64,000 nucleotides of DNA from Camelus dromedarius (lineage: Eukaryota). The stretch is taken from assembly GCF_036321535.1 (NCBI RefSeq), contig NC_087436.1:36086001-36150000 (forward strand). The letters are read 5' to 3'. Shown in pieces: positions 51,322-64,000 of this stretch; positions within the stretch are counted from its first letter, which is position 1; every line of letters starts with the position of its first letter. The notes under the pieces are model-generated. The model saw only the letters and a program-made list of their open reading frames with translations, made no database searches and had not been told where the DNA came from. The position numbers and the translations under genes were made by a program.

Positions 51322-52822
51322 TGAAGGGAGTCAGAACATACCACCCCAAAATATGCCACTTTTGGCATGTTGATTATTTTGAGTTGGAGATCAGTTGAAA
51401 AACGGCAGATGCAGGAAGGACTCTCTGCCTGCTCCTACCTTAAAGCAGGGCATAAGTTTCTTGTTCCGTGAAGAGGACATTCTTATCACCAGAGATGGGG
51501 AGTTGACACTGAAATGAGTGTATACAAACCTTGTTAAAACAACCCTTATAAAATGAGAAGAGTTAAAGAGACAATTCTTCAGTGAAGATATACAGATGGC
51601 CAACAGACACATTTGAAAAGATGCTTAATATCACTAATTATTAGAGAAATGCAAATCAAAACTACAGTGAGGTATCATCTCACACCAGTCAGAATGGCCA
51701 TCATTAAAAAAATCTATAAATAATAAATGCTGGAGAGGCTGTGGAGAAAAAGGAACCCTCCTACACTGCTGGTGGGAATGTAATTGGGTGCAGCCACTAT
51801 GGAGGACAGTATGAAGTTTCCTTAAACTAAAGATAAACTTACCATATGAACCAGCAATCCCACTCCTGGGCATATATCCTGAGAAAACTACAATTCAAAA
51901 AGACAAATGCACCCCAATGTTCATACCAGCACTGTATACAATAGCCAAGACATGGAAACTGTCTTAATGTCCATTGACAGATGAGGGGAGAAGTGTGTGT
52001 GTGTATATAATGGAATATTATTCAGCCATAAAAAGAATGAAATCATTCCATTTGTAGCAACATGGATAGTCCTAGAGATTATCATACTACGTGAAGTTGA
52101 AGACAAATATATGATGTTGCTTATATGGGGAAACTAAAAAAAGAAAGAAAGAAGGAAAGAAAGAAAGAAAAAATACATGTTTTATTTACAAACCAGAAGT
52201 AGACTCGCGGACATAGAAAACAAACTGTAGTTACCAGTGGGGAAAAGGGGAAAGGGTGGGTAAATTCGGAATTTGGGGTTAACAGATACACGTTACTATA
52301 TGTGAAATAGGTAAACAACAAGGACCTGCTGTATAGCACAGGGAACTATATTCAGTTTCTTGTAATGAGCTGTAATGGAAAAGAATCTGAAAATGTATGT
52401 GTATATGTCTGAAACTGAATTACTTTGCTATACACATGAAACTAACATTTTAAATCAACTACACTTCACTTAAAAAATAAGAATTCAAAAAAAAAATCCT
52501 TATGTTCTATTAGTTTCCCCCATATATTTCCTAGTCACTTTTTCACAATTTACCTCCCCTACCCCAAACACTTTTGTCATTTCTTCACAGTTTATCCTTC
52601 TTTTTCACAATGGTACATAAGCCCCAAGTCTAACCACTTTTGAGGGATTTTCACTTCTTTCTTTGACGCTCTCCACCCCCACCCCAGGCCATGTAAAAAT
52701 ATTAACATCAAGTAAAACTTACATACTTTTTATCCATTGATCTGTCCTCTTCTCAGTTCAACTCATAATTCCCAGACACAGAACCTAAGTGGGCAGAAGA
52801 AAAAAATCTTTCCTCTCCAGCA
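51322..52822 (+). mobile_element. ERV1 (MER34/MER39-like) solo LTR split by an L1 insertion
   Basis: TG...CA ends: tgaagggagtcagaacataccaccccaaaatatgccact and ttcctctccagca; LTR sequence resumes at ~52500. Confidence 0.7.
51550..52495 (+). mobile_element. 5'-truncated L1 (ORF2 C-terminus, 3'UTR, poly-A) inside the LTR
   Basis: aaatgctggagaggctgtggagaaaaaggaaccctcctacactg; junctions aaaacaacccttat / aaaaaaatccttat; (AAAG)n at ~52140. Confidence 0.88.
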
Positions 52823-52844
52823 CTTGAATGGAGTGATCTATAGC

Positions 52845-53680
52845 TTTATTTTTTTAATACCTTTATTGTGGTATGATTCCTGTAAGTAACCTACACATAT
52901 TTCAGACGTACAATTTGATGAATTTTGATAGACATGTCTACCAATGAAACCACCACCACAATCAAGATAGCTAACATTTCCATCACTCCCCAAGAGGTGC
53001 AAATTTCGAATTCTCAATTTATCCCTTCCCCCACCCCCCTGTTTAACCCCCTGGAAATCATAAAGTTTGTTCTCTAGGTCTGTGAGTCTGTTTCTGTGTT
53101 GTAGATAAGTTCATTTGTGTCCTTTTTTTCAGATTCCATATATAAGCAATATCATATGGTATTTTTCTTTCTCTTTCTGGCTTGCTTAAAATGATCTCCA
53201 GGTCTATCCATGTTGCTGCAAATGGCATTATTTTATTTTTTATAGCTGAGTAGTATCCATTGTGTGTGTGTGTATGTATATACACACATACCACATCTTC
53301 TTTATCCAGTCATCTGTCAATGAACCTTTAGGTTGTTTCCATTTTGGCTATTGTAAATAGTGCTGCTGTGAACATTGGGGTGCATGTGTCTTTTCAAATT
53401 ATATTTTCCTCTAGATATATGCCCAGGAATGGCATTGCTGGATCATACTGTAAGTCTGTTTTTAGTTTTTTGAGGAATATCCATACTGTCCTCCATAGTG
53501 GCTGCACCAATTTACATTCCTACCAGCAGTGTAGGAGGGTTCCCTTTTCTCTACAGCCTCTCCAGCATTTATTATTTGTAGACTTTTTAATGATGGCCAT
53601 TCTGACTGGTGTGAGGTAATATCTCATTTTAGTTTCAACTTGCATTTCTGTAACAATTAGTGATGTTGAGCATCTTTTCA
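52845..53680 (-). mobile_element. Old L1 3' end (52845-53000) joined to a younger L1 ORF2-end/3'UTR fragment (53000-53680)
   Basis: Reverse-complement similarity to 1680-2350; ORF 53058..53294 resembles the ORF2p C-terminal tail. Confidence 0.8.
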
Positions 53681-55719
53681 CAGCAATATAGCTTGCTTTC
53701 TGTTCTTGAAATATAGCAAGCTTTTATTTGCCTCAGAATCTTTAAACATACTGGTTCCTCTTTCTACAGTGTTCTTCCCCAGGGCTTTGTTTATCTGGCT
53801 CTTTAGGGCTGAGGCCTGTGCTCAGATATCTTCTCTGAAAAGCTCCCAACCTTCCTTTCTAACATGGAGTCCTCCTGCATGCCAGTCCCATCATCCTTTG
53901 TCCCTTTACCCAGCTCGGGATATCCAGTTTTTCTTACCAGCACTTATCACAATCTGAAATTATCAAGTACTTAACTTCCCCCACGAGGGGAGCTATTTCA
54001 CCTGGCTTGTTTACTTCTGTATCCTCAGGCTAAGCACAGTGTCTGGTATAAAGTAGATGCACACTAAATATTTCTTGCATGAGTGATTGGATAGATCTTC
54101 AAGTGGAAACATCAGCCCTCTGAAAAGGAAGTGGTGGTGTGGGGAAAGGCTAGTGTTGCACAGAGAGAAGAATGCCTGCTCGGATCCAGGCAGGATGTCA
54201 GCTGTAGGCACTCAGGATAATTATGAGAATAGCTGAGATAAAGACATTTAGCACAATACTTGACTAATCATAATAATATAATAGTAACCTCTTTTTAATC
54301 CCTGATCTCTTTAGATTTATTCAATTTTTATGTTGAGACCAGCAGGGGTCGCTCACATGGTGCTTTAGCAGTGCCAGTTTTGTCTGGAATAAATATTTTG
54401 TTCATGTTTGTAGTGAACTAGGGAAAAGTTCAATTTGAGTAATCACAAGTTATTAAAATTTAAGAGTAGGTTTCCTTGGCATTTCTCTGGCATTCTGTCC
54501 CTTGTAAATTCTAATTAAATTATAGTTTATATTTTTCAACAGAAGCCAACATTAATGTTAATTATATCTCACTTTGTAGTTTTCCTTCTTGCTTTGAAAT
54601 ATTAAAATGTGATGTTTTAATTCCAGAGAAGATTGCTCCTTTGTGTTGCACATATCTATTTCCTGCTATATTTTATCTCTACATAGCATTTATCACCTTC
54701 TCATGTTCTGTATAATTTATTTTTTGTTTACATATTTGTCACCTTCTCATACAGACACCAGAACATGAGCCCTATAAGGATAGGGAATTTTGTTCTGTCT
54801 GCACTATGTCCCTAGCAGCTAGACAAGTGCCTGACACAAAACAGGACCTCAGTGAGTGTACTGTGTACAGAACCTATATGTGTAATATATGGGAGTTCAA
54901 GTAATATTAAAAGTATTGATGAATAAGTGGAAAAATACCTCTCTAACAGTATCTTCTCACACTATGTAAATACAAATTATTTTTAAATTATAGCATTTAA
55001 AGGAACCTAATATAAATCTTTAAAATGTCATTTGTATTTTTGACCCAGGATTACCTGAAAAGAAAACTTACTTATTTTTGAGTCCCTAACATCTAGCAAA
55101 ATGCCTAGTGTGCAGGGCAATGTACATAATGAATGAATAAGTAAAAGAAATGGACTAGACCTTAAAATATAAAATAAATAAGTATTCAAAGGTAATATGT
55201 TATAAAGTTGTGTATATACATGGTAAAGAAATTTAAGTGGCTTCAAGGATGTCTTGAATACTGAGATATCTGAGGTATGGATCCCCAGGGAGCACAACCC
55301 ATTTTCTATACATAGTGATTCAGGAAATAAAAATGAGAATGGAAGAGTCAATTCACTTATTCAATAAATATTTTTAAGCACTTAAAATTGTACACTAAAG
55401 GAAATGGTTAAAAAAAGGTTAGAAAGACTAATTTATTTAACTGTACTATCAAGAATAGATGATCTAGAAAAGATGCAGATGGTTATATACAAGCTAGCAT
55501 ATGCTAGAACCATCACTGGTACTCAGAGTTGTAAAATGAACTAGATAACTGAACAACCAGTTTTCCTGGTGGAGAGATTTTACAAGTCTACATGGATGAG
55601 GTGGATGTTTGAACTAGGCCTGTGGAAATGGGTAGGATTTTAATGGCCACAGGTAATAGTGTGGGAGGAGTCTAAAGTGAATGAAATTCATATTTCTCAA
55701 TTATTTTTCACCCCAATAG

Positions 55720-55775
55720 GAGCTGTATTTGATGAAAATACTAGAAAAATATTGGTTGTACAAGATCGAAATAAA
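55720..55775 (+). CDS. NUDT6: NUDT6 exon 3 (start of Nudix fold); later exons are beyond the right edge
   Basis: caatag|GA GCT GTA...AAT AAA|gtaagt; encodes (G)AVFDENTRKILVVQDRNK; 56 nt. The Nudix-box exon was not found before 64000. Confidence 0.94.
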
Positions 55776-56382
55776 GTAAGTTGCTTTGCTTTATAAATTG
55801 CTTTCTAAATATTTAGTTCTCTCTAGAGAAAAATGAAATTTTCTGTAAAAATAAAAGTAGAGATTTTGATATACTCAAAGAATTACAGAAAGATATTTTA
55901 AGTCATTTCTAAGCATTTATGGGTCATTTAGACATCTATTTAATCCAAAAAATACTTATGAAGGCCTTAAAATGTCAGAGGAGCCTCAATGTTGCTCTCT
56001 ATTTGATGGCTATAGGAAAATTATAAATGGCTGTATTTAACTGGGAAGACAACCCTGTTCATCACAGACTGTTAGGGTATTCTTCATTCACTCAACATTC
56101 CTTAAGCTTCCAGTCTGAGCCATGTGCTGAGAATGAAGATTAGTAAGACAATATCCCTAATACCCTGCAGCTTACTATCCATTTTGGAAAGCAGTCATAC
56201 AATACACTGTAGCAACTAACTGCCTTTAAAAACCCACAAAGACTTCTCGTTGGAGGTAATATTTAAACTGAGTGTGAAACTGAGTAGGAGCTACCAGGAA
56301 AAAAAAAAAAAGGTAAAAAAACACTGAAAAAATTGAAATTGCATATATAAAGGCACAGAGCTCAGAAAGGGGCTGACATGGT

Positions 56383-56745
56383 ATCTTAGTCTACTCAGGC
56401 TGCTATAACAAAAATACTATAGACTGGGTAGCTTAAACAATGAAACATTTATTTCTAACAGTTCTGGAAGCTGGGTAGGCCTCAAGGCATTGGTGGATTT
56501 GGTGTCTTGTGGTGTCTACTTCCTGGTTCATAGAGGTTCTCACATGGTGGAAGGGACGAGGGAACTCTCTGGGATCTCTTTTATAAGGGCACTGTTCCCA
56601 TTCATAAGGAGTTCACTCTCATGACATAATCACCTCCCAAAGGCCCAATTTCATGATACCATCACATTAGGGATTAGGGTTTAAACATATGAATTGGATT
56701 GGGGAGATTGTGGAGAAGGAGCATAAACATTCAGTCCATTCTACA
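56383..56745. mobile_element. MLT1A-like MaLR LTR
   Basis: cttagtctactcaggctgctataacaaaaatactatagactgggtagcttaaacaa...tcacctcccaaaggcccaatttcatgataccatcacatt...cattcagtccat. Confidence 0.75.
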
Positions 56746-56810
56746 TAGTGTGAAAATAATGATTTAAAAAAATCCATTATGGCCAGTAGTGCAGCAAGTG
56801 GTAAAATATG

Positions 56811-59800
56811 TTTTTATTGAAGTATAGTTGATTTATAATATTCTGTTTCAAGTGTACAGCAAAGTGATGCAGCAGTTACTTATATATTTTTCAGATTATT
56901 TTCTATTATAGGATATTACAAGATACTGAATTTAGTTCACTGTTCTATAGAGTAACTACTCGTTGCTTATCTATTTTATGTATAGTAGTTTATATCTGTT
57001 AATGCTGTACATACTCCTAATTTATCCCTACACCTTCCCTTTCCCCTTTGGAAACCATGAGTGTGTTTTCTGTATCTGTGAGTCTGTTTCTGTTTTTTAT
57101 ATAGATTCATTTGTATAATTTTTTAGATTCCACATGTAAGAGATACATAATATTTGTCTTTTTCTGTCTGACTTCACTAATTATATTCTCCAGATCCACC
57201 CATGTTGCTGCAAATGGCAATTTCATTCTTTTATGTGGCTGAGTAATATTCCACTGTATATTTACATACTGTATCTTCTTAAGACAGTCATCTGTTGATA
57301 GACACATAGGTTGTTTCTATGTCTTGGCTGTGGTAAATAATGCTGTGATGAATGTTAAGATGCATGTATCTTTTTGAATTAGAGTTTTCATCTTTTCCAG
57401 ATATATACCCAGGAGTGGGATTATGTGATCATATGGTAGCTCCATTTTTAATTTTTTATGGAACCTCCATACTGCTTTCCATAGTGGCTGCACCAATTTA
57501 CATACCCACCAACAGTGGAGGGTTCCCTTTTCTCCACACCCTCTCCATCATTTGTTTGTAGACTTTTGAATGATAGCCATTCTGACCAGTGTGAAATGAT
57601 ACCTCATTGTGGTTTTGATTCACATTTCTCTAATAATTAGTGATGTTGAGGATCTTTTCATGTGCCTCTTGGCCATCTGTATGTCTTTTTTGGAGAAATA
57701 TCTACTTAGGTCTTCTGCCCATTTTTGATTGGGTTTATTTTTTCATAATAGTTGTATGAGCTGTTTGTACATTTTGGTCATTAGCCCCTTCTTAGTGACA
57801 TTGTTTGTGGATATTTTCTCCCATTCTGCAGGTTATTTTCTCATTTTGTTTATGGTTTTCTTTGCTGTGCAAAAGCTTTTCAGTTTAATTAGATCCCATT
57901 TGTTTATTTTCGCTTTTATTTATTCTGCCTTGGGAGACTGTTCTAAGAAAATATTGCTACAATGTATGTCTGAGAATGTCTAGCTATATTCTCTTCTAGG
58001 TGTTTTATGTGTAAAGTCTTATATTTAGGTCTTAAACCATTTTGAGTTCATTTTTGTATATGGTGTAGGAGAGTGTTCCAATTTCATTTATTTACTGTAA
58101 CTGTCCAGCTTTCCCACATCACTTGTTGAAGAGACTGTGTTTTCCTCATTGGGTATTTTTGCCTCCTTTATCATAAATTAATTGACTGTAGGTGTGTGGG
58201 TTTATTTTGGGCTCTTTGTTCTGTTGACCTATGTGTTTGTTTTTGTGCTAGTACCATTGTTTTGGTTACTGTAGGTTGTAGTGTTGTCTGAAGTCTAGAA
58301 AGGATATGCCTCCAGCTTTGATCTATTTCCTCAGGATTGCTTTGGCAATTCTGAGACTTTTGTGGTTCCATATAAATTTTAGGATTATTTTTTCTACTTC
58401 TGTGAAAAAATGTCATGGATATTTTGATAGGGACTGCATTAAATTTGTAGATTGCTTTGAGTATGGCCATTGTAACAATATTTATTCTTCCCATCCAACA
58501 GCGTGGGATATTTTTCCATTTCTTTGAATCATCTTCACTTTCCTTTATCAGTGTTTTATAGTTTTAAGGGTAAAAGTCTTTCATCTCCTTATTTAGGTTT
58601 ATTCCTAGGTGTTTTATTTTTTTATGGGATTTTTAAAAACTTTCTCTACTTCATTGTTAGTGTAAAGAAGTACAACAGATTACTGTATGTTTAATCCTGT
58701 ATTCCACTACCTTACAGAATTCATTTATTCTTACTAGTTTTTGTGTGGAGACTCTAGGGTTCTCTGTGTACAGTATCATGTCATCTGCAGATAATGACAG
58801 TTTTACCTCTTTCCTTTCAATCTGGATACCTTTTGTTTCTTTTTCTCTTCTGGTTATTATGGCTAGGACTTCCAGTACTATGTTGAAAGAAGTGGTAAGA
58901 GTGGGCATCCTTGTTAGTTTCTGAACCTAGCAAGAAGGCTTTCAGCTTTTTACTTTGAGTATTACATTGGGTTTGTTGTAAACGACTTTTATTATGTTGA
59001 GATATGGGCCCCTTATACTCAGTTTGGTGAGAGTTTTCATCATGAATGGATGTTGAATTTTGTGAAATGTTTTATCTGCGTCCATTGAGATGATTGTGTG
59101 GTTTTTGTCTTTTCCCTTAATTTGGTGTATCACACTGATTGATTTGCATATGTTGAACTATCCTGTGATCGTGAGATGAATCCAACTTCATCATAGTGTA
59201 TGATCCTTTTTTATGTATTGTTGGATTCAGTTAGCAAATATTTTGTTGAGGATTTTTGCATCTATATTCATGAAAGATACTGACGTAATTTTCCTTTTTT
59301 GTAGTGTCTTTTTCTGGTTTTCTTACCAGGGTATGGTGGCTTCATAGAATGACTTGGGGAGTGTTATCTCCTCTTCCTTCCGTCTTTTGGAAGAGTTTGA
59401 GAAGGATAGGTATAAGTTCTTCTTTCTTTGGTAGAATTCCCCAGTAAAGCCATTGGTCCTGGATATTTGGGGTTTGTTTGTTTTTATTACAGCGTCTGCT
59501 TCATTTCTAGTGATCAAATTATCTTTTTCTTCTTGACTCAGTTTTGACAGGCTTTATGTTTCTTGAAACTTGTCCATTTCTTCTGGGTTGTCCAGTATTT
59601 GGCATATCACTGTTTATACTATTCTCATGATTTTTTTTTTATTTCTGTGGCATCAGTTATTTCTCTTTCATTTATTATTTTGTCTGTTTGGGTCCTCTCT
59701 CCTTTGAGCCTGGATAGAGAGAGGTTTGTTAATTTTGTTGATCCAGTTTTTGGTTTTATTGATCTTTTCCACTTTTTTTAATTTATTTTTTATTTATTTC

Positions 59801-60514
59801 TTCTCTGGTCATTATAATTTCCTTCCTTCTGCTGACTTTGGGTTTTGTTTGTTCTTTTTCTGATTCTTTTAGGTGGTAGGGTTAGGTTGTTTGAGATTTT
59901 CTTGTTTCTTGAGGAAGACCTGTATTGCTATGAATTCCCTCTTAGAACTGCTTTTATTGCATCCTATAGATTTTGTAAGGTTGTGTTTTCATTCTTGTCT
60001 GTCTCAAGGTATTTTCTTATTTCTTTGATTTTATTGTTGACCTATTGGGTTTTTAGTGGCATGTTGTTTAGTCTCCATGTGTGCATTCTTTTCCCATTTT
60101 TTTCCCCTGTGGTTGATTTCTAGTTTCATATCATTGTGGTCAGAAAAGATGCTTGAAATAATTTCTATCCTCTTAACTTTGTGGAGGTTTGTCTTGTGAC
60201 CTAGTATGTGGTCTGTCCTAGAAAATGTTCCATGCATGATTGAAAAGAATGTGTATTCTGAGTTTTTTGGATGAAGTGTCCTGTAGATATCAACTAAGTC
60301 CAACAGTTCTGTCGTGTCATTTAGGACCTCTGTTATCTTACTGATTTTCTGTCTGGAAGATCTGTCCTTGGATGTCAGTGGATTGTTAAAGTCTCCTACT
60401 ATTATTGTATTCCTGTTAATTTCTCCCTTCATATCCGTTAGTATTTGTTTTATATATAAATAAAGATACTCCTATATTGGGTGCATGTATGTTAATGTGT
60501 ATAATATCCTCTTC
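56811..60514 (-). mobile_element. Degraded L1 (3'UTR to ORF2 endonuclease domain)
   Basis: ORF2p fragments at 58171, 58657, 58942, 59323 and 60031 (IIVGDFNNPL, SDHN). Confidence 0.92.
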
Positions 60515-63500
60515 TTTTTTAACATTTTTTATTGATTTATAATCATTTTACAATGTTGTGTCAAATTCCAGTGTTCAGCACAATTTTTCAGTCATTCATG
60601 GACATATACACACTCGTCACATTTTTTTCTTAGTTATCATAACATTTTGTGTATATTTCCCTGTGCTATACAGTGTAATCTTGTTTATCTATTCTACAAT
60701 TTTGAATTCCCAGTCTATCCCTTCCCACCCTCCACCCCCCTGGCAACCACAAGTCTGTATTCTCTGTCTGTGAGTCTATTTCTGTCCTTTATTTACGCTT
60801 TGTTTTTGTTTGTTTGTTTGTTTTTGTTTTTGTTTTTTTAGATTCCACATATGAGCGATCTCATATGGTATTTTTCTTTCTCTTTCTGGCTTACTTCACT
60901 TAGAATGACATTCTCCAGGAGCATCCATGTTGCTGCAAATGGCATTATGTTGTCGGTTTTTATGGCTGAGTAGTATTCCATTGTATAAATATACCACATC
61001 TTCTTTATCCAGTCACCTGTTGATGGACATTTAGGCTGTTCCCATGTCTTGGCTATTGTAAATAGTGCTGCTATGAACATTGGGGTGCAGGTGTCATCCT
61101 GAAGTAGATTTCCTCTGGATACAAGCCCAGGAGTGGGATTCCTGGGTCATATGGTAAGTCTATTCCTAGTCTTTTGAGGAATCTCCACACTGTTTTCCAT
61201 AGTGGCTGCACCGAACTGCATTCCCACCAGCAGTGTAGGAGGGTTCCCCTTTCTCCACAGCCTCTCCAGCATTTGTCATTTGTGGGTTTTTGAATGACGG
61301 CCATTCTGACTGGTGTGAGGTGATACCTCATTGTAGTTTTGATTTGCATTTCTCTGATAATTAGTGATATTGAGCATTTTTTCATGTGCTGTTTGATCAT
61401 TTGTATGTCTTCCTTGGAGAATTGCTTGTTTAGGTCTTCTGCCCATTTTTGGATTGGGTTGTTTATTTTTTTCTTATTAAGTCGTATGAGCTGCTTATAT
61501 ATTCTGGAGATCAAGCCTTTGTCGGTTTCACTTGCAAAAATTTTCTCCCATTCCGTAGGTTTTCTTCTTGTTTTACTTCTGGTTTCCTTTGCTGTGCAGA
61601 AGCTTGTAAGTTTCATTAGGAGAAAATTTTTGAAATGTATGTCAGATAATGTTTTGCCTATGTTTTCCTCTAGGAGGTTTATTGTATCTTGTCTTATGTT
61701 TAAGTCTTTAATCCATTTTGAGTTGATTTTTGTATATGGTGTAAGGGAGTGTTCTAGCTTCATTGTTTTACATGCTGCTGTCCAGTTTTCCCAACACCAT
61801 TTGCTGAAGAGACTGTCCTTATTCCATTGTATATTCTTGCCTCCTTTGTCGAAGATCAGTTGACCAAAAGTTTGTGGGTTTCATTTCTGGGCTCTCGATT
61901 CTGTTCCATTGGTCTATATGTCTGTTTTTGTACCAATACCATGCTGTCTTGATGACTGTAGCTCTATAGTATTGTCTGAAGTCTGGGAGAGTTATTCCTC
62001 CAGCCTCTTACTTTTTCTTCACTAATGCTTTGGCTATTCTAGGTCTTTTGTGGTTCCATATAAATTTTATTATGATTTGTTCTAGTTCTGTGAAATATGT
62101 CCTGGGTAATTTGATAGGGATTGCATTAAATCTGTAGATTGCCTTGGGCAGTGTGACCATTTTAACAATATTGATTCTTCCAATCCAAGAGCATGGAATA
62201 TCTTTCCATTTTTTTAAAGTCTTCTTTAATTTCCTTCATCAGTGGTTTATAGTTTTCTGTGTATAATTCTTTCACCTCCTTGGTTAGATTTATTCCCAGA
62301 TATTTTATTACTTTGGGTGCTATTTTAAAGGGGATTGTTTCTTTACTTTCTTTTTCTGTTGATTTATCGTTAGTGTAAAGAAATGCAACTGATTTTTGAA
62401 CGTTAATTTTGTAACCTCCTACCTTGCTGAATTCTTCAATCAGCTCTAGTAGCTTTTGTGTGGACCTTTTAGGGTTTTCTATATATAGTAACATGTCGTC
62501 AGCATATAATGACACTTTTACCTCTTCTTTTCCAATTTGGATCCCTTTTATTTCTTTCTCTTGCCTGACTGCTGTGGCTAGGACTTCCAGGACTATGTTG
62601 AATAGGAGTGGTGATAGTGGGCATCCTTGTCTTGTCCCAGATTTTAGTGGGAAGTTTTGAGTTTTTCACCATTGAGTACTATGCTGGCTGTAGGTTTGTC
62701 ATATATAGCTTTTATTATGTTGAGATATGTTCCCTCTATACCCACTTCGGCGAGTTTTTATCATAAATGGGTGTTGAATTTTATCAAATGCTTTTTCTGC
62801 ATCGATTGAGATGATCATGTAGTTTTTGTCCTTTCTCTTGTTGATGTGATGTATTACACTGATTGATTTGCGTATGTTGAACCAGCCTTGTGTCCCTGGG
62901 ATGAACCCCACTTGGTAATGATGTATAATCTTTTTTATGTGTTGTTGGATTCTATTTGCTAAAATTTTGGTGAGGATTTTGGCGTCTATGTTCATCAGTG
63001 ATATTGGCCTATAATTCTCTTTTTTTTGTAGTGTCTTTGCCTGGTTTTGGTAGGGTGATGATGGTGGCTTCATAGAATGAGTTTGGGAGTATTCCCTCCT
63101 TTTCAATCGTCTGAAAGAGTTTGAGAAGGACTGGTATGAGTTCTTCTTTGTATGTTTTGTAGAATTCCCTGGTGAAGCCGTCCGGTCCTGGACTTTTATT
63201 TGTGGGGAGGTTTTTAATTGCTATTTCTATTTCCTTTCTAGTGATCGGATTGTTCAAGTGTTCAGATTCTTCTTGATTCAGTCTTGGTGGACAGTATGTT
63301 TCCAGAAACTTGTCCATCTCCTCTAGGTTATCCAGTTTGGTTCCATATAGTTTTTCATAACATTCTCGTATGATATTCTGAATTTCTATTTTGTTTGTTG
63401 TAATTTCTCCATTTTCCTTTCTTATTTTGCTAATTTGTGCTCTCCCTTTTTTCTTCTTTGTGAGTTTGGCCAGAGGTTTGTCGATTTTATTTACTTTTTC

Positions 63501-64000
63501 AAAAAACCAGCTTTTGGTTTGGTTGATTTTTTCTATGGTCTTGTTAATCTCTATTGTATTTAATTCCTCTCTGATCTTTATTATTTCCTTCCTTCTGCTG
63601 CTTTTTGGGGCTTTTTGTTCTTCTTTTTCTAATTCATTCAGGTGGTGGGTTAAATTGTTTATCTGAGATTGTTCTTTTTTGAGGAAGGCCTGTATCGCTA
63701 TAAACTTCCCTCTTAGCACTGCCTTTGCTGTGTCCCATAGGTTTTGAGTGGTTGTGCTTTCATTATCATTTGTCTCAAGGTATTTTTTAATTTCAGCTTT
63801 GATTTCCTCATTGACCCATTGTTTTTTCAACAACATATTGTTTAATCTCCATGCTTTCCTTTTTTTCTCCTTTGTTTCTCTGTTGTTGATTTCCAGTTTC
63901 ATGGCATTGTGGTCAGTAAAGATGCTTGAGATAATTTCTATCTTCTTAAAATTGTTGAGGTTTCTTTTGTGCCCAAGTACATGATCGATCCTGGAAAATG
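60515..64000 (-). mobile_element. Young L1 (same subfamily as 499-2535), frameshifted ORF2, extends past the window
   Basis: ORFs 63009..63902, 62699..63106, 62162..62515, 61071..61763 and 60838..61080 are consecutive ORF2p pieces nearly identical to the left-end copy where they overlap. Confidence 0.96.

Noticed and set aside
60838..63984. Potentially active L1, and antisense ORFs such as 61339..61863
   Set aside because: ORF2 is split by several frameshifts; the hydrophobic antisense ORFs are the usual by-product of A-rich L1 sequence.

Overview
Mammalian genomic DNA (AT-rich, heavily loaded with LINE-1, no Alu/BovB/PRE-type SINEs recognised; L1 3' ends suggest a cetartiodactyl, possibly a camelid - inference only). 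Two genes lie head-to-head around a CpG island at ~45-46.2 kb. On the minus strand are coding exons 1-10 of SPATA5/AFG2A (type II AAA+ ATPase; 1854 nt = 618 codons here, with the N domain and the complete D1 module; the gene continues beyond position 1). On the plus strand are coding exons 1-3 of NUDT6 (Nudix hydrolase, FGF2-antisense gene; continues beyond 64000). All exon junctions were read by eye and give continuous reading frames; NUDT6 intron 1 needs a GC donor. The rest is intronic: several L1 generations (some nested, some with clear TSDs), L2/MIR, MER5/MER33/MER82-like DNA-transposon relics, and MaLR/ERV1 LTRs. I found no new gene system. The most interesting unexplained structure is in SPATA5 intron 9: a perfect 52-bp inverted duplication covering a cryptic micro-exon, neighbouring local duplications, a candidate in-frame 21-nt micro-exon and a candidate 100-nt poison exon. 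Repeat subfamily names and human comparisons are from memory and need RepeatMasker/BLAST confirmation.
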